Source: Phallusia mammillata (lineage: Eukaryota). Taken from it: a stretch of DNA of 64,000 nt. The position numbers were made by a program, and so were the translations under genes. Below the pieces are notes generated by a model. It was not told the origin of the DNA. It ran no database searches and saw only the letters and a list, made by a program, of their open reading frames with translations. The stretch spans positions 10,230,001 to 10,294,000 of the forward strand of contig OZ281496.1 in assembly GCA_965637545.1 (NCBI GenBank), in the 5' to 3' direction. Shown piece by piece: positions 37,405 through 50,702 of this stretch (position 1 is its first letter; every line of letters starts with the position of its first letter).

Positions 37405-37864
37405 AAGCACTGTATTACACGCAACACAACAGAACGATGTAATACATCAGCTCTGTGTCTCAATGGAAAAATAGAAACGCTAAAACAGGCAATCAGGTAT
37501 TTCCGATGTCATGCATCGAGTATAGGAAGCAGCAATTAGTATTTTACTTATCACTGCTTTAAATTGTCACCAAAGCATTTTGAATCTGACAAGCGTATTG
37601 TCCTTCACATATCATTTACGCGGTACCTTTAAAGCATATTTTCTACCAGTTTCGGAAATCTTTTTAGCCGGTGTTGGTATAGGTTTGTGCTGATGACTGT
37701 GCTTTGAAAAAGTCACGCAAATGATCAAAAAGTTAAAAAACTGTTTCGTTTTTTTTTTTTCAACGCAATACTGTTTAAATCAGTGGTTTTTAGCTTTTAT
37801 ATTTTGTAACCCAAAAATCGTAAAAATCTTGACATTTTGAACAAAAAATAGAAACGTTAATGAA
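37405..37864. mobile_element. 460-bp insertion flanked by a 12-bp direct repeat
   Basis: GTCTGGGACCAG at 37393-37404 and 37865-37876. The insert is homologous to 430-830 and absent from the paralogous region at ~34630-34650. Confidence 0.68.
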
Positions 37865-39879
37865 GTCTGGGACCAGTTAAATGCTGTATAGCTAGGCGTG
37901 CCATATTTTTTGCACAGAAAACAGGGACGTTATTTTTATTGGTACAAAGATGGCAGCGTAATGTACAGTACAAAAAAACAAACTACGTTTAAGGTACGAT
38001 GCTACCCCTTCCCATTTGGAACGTACCACTCTACCAAAATTCTTTAAAAATGAACGTGAAGGTTATATGGTAACCATTACCTTAGAGGTCATATTTCCAA
38101 TAATTTCGGATCGTAAAAACAATAGTTAGTTTTGTAAATGTTACAGAAAAAAAATCTTTACCGCCTCCAATTGAAAAATGTGGTTATTTCCAATGCCAAT
38201 CAATTTCTTGCTAACATCAGTACAATGCAGTTATTCCAGCTATTGATTTCTGCAAATCTGAAAATTTGGAAGCTGAAGTAAAATATTTATTCATGAGGCC
38301 TTGTCCCCACATAGCTGCATAAAATGCAAACCTTAGTTTCCGCCGCTGATGTCAAAGAATTAGGAAATGAAAAATGTAGCCAATATTGGTTGATTATAAT
38401 CAATCAACTCACAATCGTATTGTGAAAATCGTATACCGCCAAACGGGCTGGACATCGGGACAGAGCCAAAAATCCGGGACAGTTACGGCTACGATCATGC
38501 ATAATTCACAAATTGTGGCCTCCACATTTAAACTGCTATGTTTTCCTTTATTGCTGTTTATCAAGAAACACATACTGACTCAAATAAGCAAATAAATTGA
38601 CGCACTTGTGTACATACATATATCTACCAGTGTTGGTTTAAAAAACTTTCTTTGTTCGTTTCAATTACATATTATTACGACTGAATGTCTTGCAAGCAGT
38701 GATGCTATGGTGGTGGTTTTCTTGTCCAATTGGGCTGTTTTTCGACGTCGAGTTGCGGTTTACTATCACTACTTGCAGATTGCGTTTTATTAGCAGTGTT
38801 GCCAAACGCATTTTTATTTTGCATGGATTTTTACATGCACGTGTCTTGGCAGGCATTGAAATCTCAGTTAAAATTGGGCTTCTTTTTAGGTTACTTTTTA
38901 TTGTTTTGTTTTGCAGTTTCCGTTTTTAGACCAGTTTTGACAAAAGCACGGTTACGTATTTTAGAATTTGTCGTTGCAACACCACATCAACATCTATGAT
39001 TTCAATGCTTCTATTTAACAATAGTGACTGAAGGGTTGGAGGTAAGCAAGTCATATAGTTAAAAAAAATTTTAAGTATTCATCACTTTAAATGTGGACAT
39101 CACATTAAAAACGATAGTTCTCCAACATTTTGTTACAAAGCTTTACTTTCGCGTCTCGTTGTTTAAAATCATGACAACTTCCAGATGGCTCAACGCACTC
39201 TTAGAAGGCATAGACTTTGTCTGCACTTTGTCGTGCAGGGCCTTTAAAGACCGATCCCAGTAGCGTTTAACGATTGCCTTTTTCGCTTTCCACTTGTGTT
39301 TGCGCGATTGTTGTGACGTTGCACATTTTTTATTTGCAGCGTAAGCCTGAGTATGATATAGCAGCACTCGCAAATGCAGTTGATCGTCTCGCGATTGGCG
39401 CCTTTCATAGCCCCTTAGGCAAGCTTTGGTTAGCTCTGCGCCAGAACTGTGAACATGTGCAGACGATTGGACATTTTTAGAATGACTTTGATACGTAAAC
39501 GAATTACACTTTACCCCTGAAACTGTTTGTGTTAAAACGATACTTAAAACACTAAATAACCTTTCTCACTTATCAAACGCGAATAAAAAAAGGTGCTCCC
39601 ACAACCAGTCGGACCGGCAACAACACATGTAAATTGAAGAACAAACTCGATACTTGCTTAAAACAAAAATAACAAATGCACACGCTTTATATACAATACA
39701 ACCAAATACCACGAGAAAAATAAACTTTCCCGGCTGAAGCCTTTTCCCTTTTGCGAACTTATACACAGAACGTACTGACGGTTTCCAATCATGTACGTCC
39801 GAAAACCGAAAATGTGAGCAAGAAATCGTCTGAAAAACATCTTGACACATTGTTTGGCCGGTGGTGTAAATTTATCCTC

Positions 39880-40450
39880 GATCAAACACCACTGACACAT
39901 TGGCGACTTATACGCTGAATTTTGGTCAATCTGAGTTTGATAATTACAGAGTGGTACATCATGTTGGTTTTTAATGATCCAATTCGGTCAAAGGTTCTTT
40001 CACAAACATTACATCTATGAGGTTTCTCATTGTTGTGAATCAACATGTGCTCTGAAATTACGTCTTTTCTCACAAACATCACATCACTCGCCTTTTTCAC
40101 CAGTGTAAGTCAACGTGTTTCTTTTCAAATTTCGCGAAAGCGTTTACCACAACACAGTAATACGATTTTTCATTGGTGTGGATCAATATGTGCTAAATAA
40201 ACCTACCACTGCAGCGAAATGATTTTTCACAAAACATCAGGTCTCATTAGTGTGAATCAACATGTGTCGTTTTAATGCTCCAATTTGAGTAAATCGTTTT
40301 TAACACATTTCACACCGATGTGGTTTTTCATTCGTGTAAATCAACGTGTGTGTTTTTAAATTTCCACTAATGCGAAATCTGTTTTCGCATACGTTACACT
40401 GATGAGGTTTTCAATTTGTGTGAATCAACATGTGTGTTTTTAAATACCCA
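39880..40450 (-). pseudogene. Degenerate C2H2 zinc-finger array
   Basis: Repeated HMLIH.NEKPHRC.VCE fragments with stops and frameshifts. Confidence 0.78.
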
Positions 40451-41671
40451 AGTTGGGCAAATTTCAAACATGTGCATGTGTTTGAAAAACGAAAATTCGC
40501 TTCGTATGACACTTTTTTGTTTCGAAACAAAATTCAAAACGAAATTTTTGATGCTCTTGAGCGAAAAAATGTAGTTGAGTTTTACAAATTAAAGTTCGTT
40601 AATTACATTTCATCGAGCGTTGATTATTATATGTGTTTGGTTTGTTGGTTATTTTTTTAATCTGTTCAAAGGTGGCAGTCAATTTTGCGTCTTAAGTAGA
40701 AGGCAGTACGACATGTCAAATCAGTTTTCATAAATTCCACAATCAGCAACAATTCAGCAACATTCTGTCTGATCTATTTAACTAAAATGTGTTTTAATGT
40801 TTTTCAAGCTACAGTAAAGTGTTGTAAAATTGATGTTAGTTTGCACAGGAGAGTATTATTATCAAATAATAGCATAGATTTAACAAATCACAAAACTTTT
40901 AACAGCTTGTTCTTATCAATTAACTAAATATTGCGGAATAAAAATTGCACGCAAATTATTAGCGTCAAATTCGAATTTATGTGATGAAAATTTTTTATCC
41001 TTCATTTCAACCAAACGACTTATATGTGTTAAACATTTTAATTCCATTTTTTTTATCTTTTCCAGCTGTCATTGTTAAAGGTTTATGTAATGGATGGTGT
41101 TAAATTATTTACGTGCATTGTGATGTTTTAATAGCTCTGAAGCAAAATCAATAAAATAGTTAAATCCCTACAAAACATACGTTGTCTGGTAATGGGTTCA
41201 TTACTGGCAGGGATAGTTAGACTGTGTGGATACGTTTTCGTTTACAGAAGGTTTTACATAAAACACCATACATGTTGTTGCATTTAACATTTTTGTGCAG
41301 TGTCCAACACGGTGTGTTAGAAAGTTAGTGAAAGTGAAACATTTATAAGCGTTGCAGACGATTGTAAAAAAATAATGTAGTTCGATAATTGGCAAATGGT
41401 AAAGTTACTTAAAAATTTGAATTACTAAGTTGGTTACTTCAGTGAAAAGATCAGTTTGCTTGATACAATTGTAATCTATGAACCGTATATGGAAACGATA
41501 AAACGTGTTGATTAGATCTAATTAACATTAAAAAAAGTTGAAACAAAGTCGTTTACAACACGTTCGTTACTCTTCCTAAAATCCTTTCATCTTGTATTTG
41601 GTAGGTTTTGTTTTAATAAATCATATTTATTAACGTTCGTTCATTACCCCGGTAAAATTTGCAATTTCCAA

Positions 41672-42562
41672 ATGGAGACGACTACACCAGAAATTGTGAT
41701 CAGAAATTATTGGTTGGATGTGATTGAACCAGTTGCAATTTCAGTACTTATCTGCATCATTTTTTATCTTGCAATCTCATCATCCGTGTATTTGGCTGCA
41801 AAGCAAGAAAATGAACTGAAAACAGTTAACAGATGTTGCTGTGTTGCTTCTTATATTTTAATCTTATCTCTACTTCCACCTCTGCTCAATATCACAGTCA
41901 AAAAATATTTAAGCGGTGTGTGCACATTCAGCTTAAGTGTGCTAGTTATTGCAAACGTGGGCAACCGTTTCTCGGTATATCTTATTCTGTGGCTACGACA
42001 ACATGCTTTGTACAGATCAGTAACTTCATCTACTAAATGGAACAGGGTGGCAAAGTATGCAAACAAGTTTGTTTTGCTCCTTTTCGCTGTTGCATCTTCA
42101 CTTTCTATATTGCTCTTATTATCAACTGGAACAAAATATGAAAGGCGTTACGGTTGCTCCTTTGAGAAACTTGGTTCGTTGGTCGCCTTTATCTACGGCG
42201 GTTACATCTTATCTCACATTCTCTTGCTTTTTCTCATCTTACTTCCGCTCTCAACTTACTACAGAAACCTCTCAGGCATCGAAGATGTGAGCAAGCGATT
42301 AATTGCAAGCACTGTAGCATGTGTAGTAACAGATATCATGTTCACTGTTCTTCTACTCTTGTTGCATCCTTATGTACGGACATCTCCCTATCTTTCACCA
42401 CCAATAATCGGTTGCATTCACGTCTTGGATCAGGTCGCTCTGAATGTTACTTTGATCCTCTCATTTCCCAACTACAAGCAAAGATTATTTTCCTTCCCTC
42501 TGGTGCTGGAAAACAGACGAAATCGCGTTATTCCAATAGTCTCTCTTCCATACATGGGATAA
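41672..42562 (+). CDS. Intronless orphan 7TM (GPCR-like) protein, 296 aa
   Basis: Uninterrupted ATG-to-stop ORF with about seven hydrophobic segments. Cys at the top of TM3 (GVCTF) and in ECL2 (YGCSF). YLILWLRQ sits where DRY would be. Confidence 0.75.
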   Translation: METTTPEIVIRNYWLDVIEPVAISVLICIIFYLAISSSVYLAAKQENELKTVNRCCCVASYILILSLLPPLLNITVKKYLSGVCTFSLSVLVIANVGNRFSVYLILWLRQHALYRSVTSSTKWNRVAKYANKFVLLLFAVASSLSILLLLSTGTKYERRYGCSFEKLGSLVAFIYGGYILSHILLLFLILLPLSTYYRNLSGIEDVSKRLIASTVACVVTDIMFTVLLLLLHPYVRTSPYLSPPIIGCIHVLDQVALNVTLILSFPNYKQRLFSFPLVLENRRNRVIPIVSLPYMG

Positions 42563-43030
42563 AACTGATCACAACAATTTTGTCACTGATTAATTATCTT
42601 GTTGTTTGATTTGTGTTTTTCGTTGTAAATTTTAATCAATTTTAGTTAGGATATACATGGACTTTCTGGAAAATGACACAAGCTAAAATTCACCAGCGTT
42701 AGCCGAAAAGTTGAGACGAAATCACACACCCACTGACTAAAATTGATCAGAAACAATTTTGACAAACATTCACCAACTTTTTGTTGGTTTATTGTTTTAT
42801 ACCGTGTATGTTTTTCGTACCAAGCGGGCACACAAGCAAAGAATGTCCGAAAGTATAGGATGGAAGCAACAACAAAGGCAGATGAATCATGCAAATCGAT
42901 CCAAAACTTTTTGAAATCCTGTTAAACAACCCAGACACGGAAAACTTCTAACTGAACATTTTATATGCTTTTAAGTGTGTGTGTAATAGCCCTATCGTAG
43001 CAACAACAGATGTCTGCGAAAATTTATCTG

Positions 43031-43213
43031 TTCGCAATCATGCAGAAAACACACAAAATAATTAACTCGAGCTTGACATATATTGAATAAAGTTATCGCC
43101 TTCAGCAAAATCGAAACTAACTTTGCAATCATGCAGAAAACACGCAAAATGATTAACTCGATCTCGACTTAACAATGAATAAAGTAATCGCCTTCAGCAA
43201 AACCGAAACTATC
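43031..43213. repeat. Tandem duplication, ~90 bp x2
   Basis: GCAATCATGCAGAAAACAC.CAAAAT.ATTAACTCGA...GAATAAAGT.ATCGCCTTCAGCAAAA.CGAAACTA repeated twice. Confidence 0.75.
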
Positions 43214-44876
43214 TTTTGATGTATGAAAGCATTGCGGTATCTATCCACAAAGTATTTTTGCGTATATTAATTTATTTGTTAGCGTGAGTATCAAGTTTGA
43301 CGCTCTCCCAAATTTAAAAAATAAATGATAAGTCCAACTACCCTCATCAAATTTCAACAAACAGATGGAAACGTATGGACAAATGCATCTACTATTTATG
43401 GATGAACGACGGTGTTTGAATATTTTATGCCTTGTGTACATCCGAATAAAACAAAGACCTGTAATCCAATCAATGCATTGTTGTTTAAATATGTGTGCCA
43501 TTTAATTGTAAAAAGGCCGTTATTATACAAGATTCTCTAAGTTTGATTTGCAAGCTTTTTGCGCATAATGACGTTTCATGGTCGTGCAGTTATTCCCCGT
43601 TTTGCACTAAAGGTATCAACTCAACTTATATATGATGTCATTCATGGGCTTAAAATGATCAGAAAAAATTCTGACTAGGCATAAAGGATTTTGGATTCAG
43701 AACCTTGTTGTTTTTCGTTTCTTTTGCTGCGCATTTGCGTGTTTTCTAAACCTATTTAAATTGAACAGCACGAACAATGAAAACAGCTGTCTTGCGCAAT
43801 ATCAGCTAAAAATGACTATAATGAGCTATGCAAATCATGCTGAATAATTTAATGCCAGAAACATTAGTAAAACACGAATGATTTGTTTTCTGTGTTTTGT
43901 GTAATAACTGAAACTCTACTGTATATATATTATTTAAATATTTCATGTTTGATTCCTGGTATTCCTACCTTAATACAAGCGTTCTAATTCGATGAACGTA
44001 TGCATGATACGAAGTCAAATACTGTACCAAAATAAATTTTGTTATACAAGGCAAAGCATTTGTTAAGCCCCAAACGTCCTAACGTTGCGCAGCCATTTCC
44101 GACTGGGTGATTGTTTTTGTGTTGTTATTGTTTTGCTGTGCTTTGTCACGCCAAACAAATTAAATCAAACCTAAATGCTCTCACGCTCTACACGATATGT
44201 AATCGATATACATTTTGTGAAACAAAGTTTTTATTTTAATGAAATACAGATGAAACATTTGTTTAAGTGTTGTGTACTGTAGTAAAAATTGCAAAAAAAT
44301 TCAAGTCGCATTTTACATGCATCAACCGCTAATTATACAAAATGTCAAAAGCCAGCCTGTTAGAAAAAGTTATCCTATTTGTAGGTATTAGGAAATAGTA
44401 AACTAAATAAAGTAGAAAAAAACTATTGAAGCTATTGTTGTTCGCTTGGTATTAAACCAGTTTGGTGACCTTTCTTTTATTTAAAAAAAAACAAAAAATG
44501 TGATCCCTGTGCAAACCGTTCAATTAACGTATGAGCAGAAGACTCAAAAACAAACATCCGCAGCGACATGATAATCCTTTAAATGCCTTTACCGTGGTTG
44601 GTAAACGTTGATCACATAACAAAAATATTCCGTCATAAATCAACAAAACGAACCCGATGTTGTTTGACGTCATCATATGTCAACAACTCGTAATCAGTAG
44701 GTTTACTGAGTTTATAAACAAATTCCAAGCAAAAAAAATGTTTGCAATTGTTTCACTATACCAGTGTGCCGTACCTCTGTTTGGTTGGGTTGGCCAAAGT
44801 ATAGGCCAATTCTTCTTGACTAGTCCAATATATTTATGAAACCAGCAAGATTAGCAATTAAAATACATAACCAAGA

Positions 44877-45000
44877 CAGTGGTTTCGTTAAAAACAGAGC
44901 TGATCATTTGGGTCAGTTAAGTTACACTTTTATCTGACTTAAATTGAGCAGAACAGAAAGCTACTAAAAAGCTTCGCGTACCACAGGTTGAAAACCACTG
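44877..45000. mobile_element. Short hAT-like MITE
   Basis: CAGTGGTTTC ... GAAAACCACTG termini. No TSD found. Confidence 0.45.
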
Positions 45001-45237
45001 CACTATGTAAACGAAAAGGCCAGGTGATTTCTTGAGGTGAGCGTATATACGTCTCTACGTTATCTTAAACATTCTTATAACCGTACTGGATTCAAAAAGC
45101 GAAAAAATCTAAATACACTCGGTTTGGTATCGTAACATTTACAATGCGAAGTATGATGTCTAGCACACAACAATATGCAGTTTAATAGTTCATCCCCATT
45201 CCTTTCTTGTGTACTTTCTTGTGCAGTATATATATAT

Positions 45238-45343
45238 ATTTCACGGGGTTTGGAGCCTGGACCCTTCCGTGCACGAATCCCGATCTGTTTTTTTTATGTC
45301 TGTATATGGGTCAGGCGCGCCGGACAATTCGGCCAAGTACCTG
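45238..45343 (-). mobile_element. Short SINE copy (family T2)
   Basis: Reverse complement matches 51963-52082 (ACTTGGCCGAA...CCTGACCCATA.ACAGACATAAAAAA...GATCGGGATTCGT...AACCCCGTGAAA). Confidence 0.7.
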
Positions 45344-45354
45344 TTCATGTACAG

Positions 45355-45839
45355 CAGGGGCGTGCAACTGTTTATCGCAGTGGGCCACAACTTACAGTTA
45401 AAATGATGCTGGGGCCCAGACAATAAAGCAACACATACATTTTTAAAAAGCTTATTTAATGGCAAAGCGAACACATCCAGTTACTCATTGAGTACTTTTT
45501 AATCAATGGGATATCTGCTAACCTTTTCGTAGAATAAATGTCAATATATTTACTGCACCTATAAATCATGTTACTAAATCATTGCTAGAAAGGCAGTTCT
45601 GTCATAATGCACACTATGATGCAACAATGGGAATATGTCATCACAGTGGATAAAACCTCATCACGGTGTGACGTTTTATAAAGTCAAAAATACCAGTGAT
45701 GGTGTACAAATAGCAACATGCCATGCTCTAACAGTAAAAGTATTCATACTTAATAGAGTACTTTGAAGTCTGCGCGGGCCACGAAAATAGGTGCCGCGGG
45801 CCGGACACTGGCCCGCGGGCCGTATGTTGCACGCCTCTG
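45355..45839. mobile_element. hAT MITE, 485 bp
   Basis: TIR CAGGGGCGTGCAAC / GTTGCACGCCTCTG. Perfect 8-bp TSD ATGTACAG (45347-45354, 45840-45847). Confidence 0.88.
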
Positions 45840-45977
45840 ATGTACAGCATAGTATTTCATTACTGCAGACTATTTTACGCTCTGTCATCTAGCGGTTACA
45901 AACTCTTAATTTTAATGACCACTAAGTGTCGTACAGCAACGGCTTTCAAATATCTATTGCGTTTCACTATACATAAC

Positions 45978-46084
45978 GGGGGCCTGAACTTGGCCGAATA
46001 CATCATATATATTTATATATGTACAAAGTACTTGATCGGAATTCGTTCCCAGGAGCGTCTTGAGCCGAACCCCGTTAAAAATAT
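45978..46084 (+). mobile_element. Diverged SINE copy (family T2)
   Basis: GAACTTGGCCGAA...GATCGGAATTCGTTCCCAGGAG...CGAACCCCGTTAAAA. Confidence 0.55.
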
Positions 46085-47540
46085 CTAAATATCGGGTAAG
46101 CACTTGGTCTTAACTTAACAATGTCACTAAAACTTTCTGGGTTCAGAACAAGGCACAATGCTAGCATCTTTGTATTGCTGCAAATCTCTCTCTATATATA
46201 TATCCCTCATCCGCATCTCGAATCAAGTGCATACTCCAAAACCTGCACGTACACTTGGTTAAATGCCCCTGGATTAGAAAATTCCCTCGTTTTGGCGATC
46301 TCTTTAAACTTGTTATTGATTGCGTGTTACCCGTTCTGACTTCACCAACATTTGCAAGTAATTTAAACTCAGTTGCACATAACCTAATTTTCTGTACTTA
46401 ATTTTACGGTTGGTGCTGCCCACATAATTCTTATATTCCGTTCTTACAATACATTTAGAGAATGTTAGTTAACGCACACGTGTTTATTACCACTATATTC
46501 ACAATTTATACAGACACAAAAAATATACATTATTTTCTAAGATCAAAGAGACCAAATCGACACAAAAGATTCAAAATACACCGATTCAAATTTCGTTGGT
46601 CGAGGTAACAATTTTGGTTAAGAACACCAAAACTTTTTGAAAAGGTGTTAAAATATGAAAGCCAAACCCAGGAAAAACAAATACTTTACAACGCTTTCAA
46701 AGGCGATAGAAAGATTTCCATATTAAAAATGTCAAATACATTTCAATTAAAGGGTATTGCATTGTTGCCAATGTGTGAACAACACCATAGGTGCACCTGT
46801 TTAGCACGTCAAGCCATGGTGTAATGAACGTAATGTAAACAAAATTCTGATAACAAGACAGACAACGTTGTCATAGCGGGAAAATGCATGGGCTGGCAAA
46901 TCGTAAATTGATTCCAGTGAAAGAAAAGGTTAAAAGATGACAAAGATGCATAAACAACATGTACGTTAAAATACAACGAAACGTTAAGCTGTTCATGTTT
47001 ATATGTGTGGTTTAATATACAGCAGAAGTAATGAAAGCCGAAATGATTTGCTTTAAATATGTGCAAGCAAAGGTAAAACCCTGGGTAATTGCATTAAAAC
47101 GCAACGCGGAAAGTTTGCATGAAACAAATACAAAAAACTTATCATTGAAAATGTCTTTTACACTAGTGCTTCCCACCAGTATATTATACTTGTAGAAAAA
47201 GAACACAATGTTTCTTCTCCAAAACTGTGCTGTTGAATAACTCATTTTGACACAAAGAATAACAATATTGTAAAATAACAGACGCTTCAGAGTTCCAATT
47301 GCATCATGAGATCGATTGTGTTTAGATAATCCAAAGTCACCAATAGCAATTTGCGGAAACAGTTTGTCAGGTTAGAACTTCGATACCCCGACGTTGCATG
47401 GCCAATGGTACTAATAATATCCCGACAAGATCAATACATCTAATATAAACACTAAATTACTACTGCCGTTATTGTTATGACCAGAACAAAAAACGTCAAT
47501 GTGTAACAAATCGCTCAACAGGTGGTTTCAAATTGAACCT

Positions 47541-50500
47541 TTAACGTAAGTGAGGTAAGCCCGTGTCTGCGCTGTCTCGTTGCTGTTCATTAGACCAAGT
47601 TTTACACGGTAGAATTTCCTGTCTGGTGACGCGGTTCATGACGCAGTACAGATGGAAGACGACGATTCCCTGCGATCCGTTCACCAGGCTGTTGATGTAC
47701 ATGAACACCTCGTTCGAAATGTCGTACCCTATTCCTGCAAAAATGCACAAAGTTAAAAAATATTAAATGTTGTGATTGGATTAAGTTGGGGAAAGATATC
47801 TACATGGGTGATACACAGGCTTCCTGTAACTGGGCAAAAGAATATTGGAAGATTGTTCAACGTTTGTAAATCCTACTAAATGATGCAAAAAGGGGCATAT
47901 TGCAAAGCAATATTTCGTGAAATGGCATTGAGTAAAAAAACTTTGGTTCCATTGTGATTCATTTTCTACATAGCTTATGGACAGTTGTGACATCCAACAG
48001 ATTTTGTGAGGCACTACGCAAGCCTACGATGCAAGGGTTATGTCACCATATGTACTGATGAAATAAGAGCTTGCAGTTCAAGAGTGTGCACTGAATGAAG
48101 CTTAACGATTGGGTATAAATATGTATTCTTTGCTTTGTATGCAACACACCTGTGAAGAATACCAAACTCCAAGTGCCTCCAAGCATTACGAGCAGAAGAA
48201 AGAATGACTTTGCTGCTCTCAGCGCATTCTCTACTTCTGCATTTTCGTCTTTGTTGTGCAAACTTCGTGTGTTGCTCATCACGTGAGTGGTCTTCACGAT
48301 GATCATGGTATTCATGAAGAGTATGAGAGCAAGAGGAGCGAAGACCGAAGCGTAGAAGATCGGAGTACCGGGAGCTAACCAGCATCTGTCATACTTAGGA
48401 ATGGATGAAGTTTGGTTTTCAAATTCGTTACACTGCTCAAAGAACGGTTGGGGTTGCATGTAACTGTCACTGGAAAACCCAACACCCGCAGCAACACCCA
48501 CTATAAGAGCTGGAACGACCCAACCTACTACCATAAAGACCTTAACACGGTTTTGCGGATCTTGTGCCTCGAACGCATATGGAAAGGAGGTGGCCATCAC
48601 TAGACGAACTCCTTCGATGAGGAACCACATTCCTGTAAAGGAAACCAAGATTATGACTACGATTTAAACTTTTTTTTGTTTAAAGCCTGCATGCTTACCA
48701 ACACATAGCAAGAGGTAATGCACGGTCACCGTGAAAATCATGCATGAGATTTCATGTGAAACCGCGAGGTCATGTGACATGTTGGTTGCGTGAAGCAGCA
48801 GAAAAGCCAAAGACAAGCTGATTTGAACCGGATTCCTATCGTCGTGTCGCTGATGTATGCAGAGTATGACTATGGTGGCAATGAGAAATGCTATAGATGC
48901 TGCCTCTGTTGTGTAAGATATGATCTGAAAATACCAAGTCAAATTAAATGCAATTATTTACTAAAGCCGTATATTTATCTACCTTAACCCATTCAGGTAT
49001 TGTGATGGTTTCCACAGCCAGAAGCACAGTAAAAATAGTGAGGTGATTGCATTTGCAAATGACGTCACCTGATACGTCATCAATGCTTGTGACGCAACCC
49101 ACGTCAGAGTACTTCTTCGATAACCGTTCGACGAAAAGACAGATAGGTGCTAGTTTTCTAATCATCAGGTTTGTCGAATTTTCTTTTTCTTTTTTAATCT
49201 GCTTACAGACTGATTCAGACGACGCTGGGGTTACGACAAGGTTTGCGTTTCCTTGCAGTTGATCGTTACCTGCTGTGTCATTGGATGAACGCAGGAAGCT
49301 ATCGGCGTCCCAGCCATTAATGACAATAAAGGTTGTGTTTTCTGCAGCTATGTACCGGGTTACAGCGAGAGAACTCGGGGTTATACGTTGGGTCTCTGTT
49401 GTTTTAGTTTGGTTTATCTTATAGACAAACACAGTAGTAACAATTCGACTAACGTTGTTTGTTTCTAGTTGGAATTCAATGTGAGACGAACGAAGCTCAA
49501 GAATAGAGTTGTAGTTGTATCTTTCCTCTGTAATTTCTGAAACTACGATATGCAGTTGAGTTTCCCCGAAGTCGTAGGTGGTTCCGTTGGTATCAATGTG
49601 ATTCTGCGAAACTTTCTCGATTTGGTTTTCAAGATTTTTAAATCCATCTGCTTCGTCAGGTATGAGATGTCGCACCGTTTCCAAAAACATCTCGTCTGTG
49701 AAATAATGTGTTTATAATAGAATAGACGTAAATGAAAACCTTCAATGCGCTCATAAAACGTCTTTAAATATGAGTGATAACAAAGCAGTGAACACTATTT
49801 TCTACTATTGTGTGATGTGATCCTGTAACAGACAACCATGTTGAAGCGCCCTACTTTCTTGTTGCTCTTAAAATGTGATTTTGAAAACGGCCAACTCACG
49901 TTTCGGAATTGAGCAGTTTAAATCAATGTCGATGTATTTATCTACTTTACTGCACGGATCTTCAACATTGAGTGATGCTGGTATAGAACAGTGAGGTTTG
50001 TTTTGACACAAATTCATAATCATGGCCACACCCTCCGATCCATTGCAGTCGGTACTTTCCTTCGCAGATCCATGACAAACCCTGAAATAAGTAATGAAAT
50101 TGCCTAGTTTCGCTTCATTTGTTTCAAAAATAGTAAACGTACGACAACAAAGGTATGGGCTACTTTCTCTTTTTGTTGGGCATTCAATAAAATTAGTTTA
50201 ATGAAAAGGTGATGAAAAGGAAATAACCTAATATCAGCAGTTATGGTGTTTCCGCACTCAAATCAAATCTACAAACATATAAATAGAAAAAATACTACAC
50301 AAAGTACTGTTGCTTAAAATTAAACGTGGCATCGAATGTTGAAACATGGCATCGAATGCATTAACTGATTGTTTGCATTAAAAAAATGGTTTAGTTACAT
50401 AAAAATACATCAAATATAAGTTATTCCTTCACACTTACTTTGAGTATGGTTGAAGTCGTCCATAAAGTGCTGAAATTATTTGAATCTTTTTCCCAGCAGG

Positions 50501-50702
50501 ACAACTAATATTCAAAAAATTAAGATTGCACACTAAACAAGAAAAATGAAGTTGCATTGAATGTTTTTCGCAATAAGCAATTGACTTAGGAGCCAATGTA
50601 AAACAAAATATTATTTTTTATTTGCACAAACAGCGCATTTACCTATGCATCTTCTCAGGCCTGTTCCTGGTCGACATCCTGTTTTGGGAGTAGATGTGCG
50701 AG
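47541..50702 (-). CDS. Adhesion GPCR, latrophilin-like (Gal/rhamnose-lectin + GAIN/GPS + 7TM); 5' exon not located
   Basis: In-phase exons 50702-50643, 50532-50439, 50081-49900, 49695-48983, 48924-48699, 48632-48150 and 47734-47541. Lectin motifs C...L.ISCP.G..I.I.SALYGR and C..K..C.I.AS...DPC...KY. GPS GC..........CKCNHLTIF. 7TM motifs HY.LL...WFLIEG, GW..PA.IV, CWL, GGTW and NGSQG..VF..YC..N. Confidence 0.85.
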
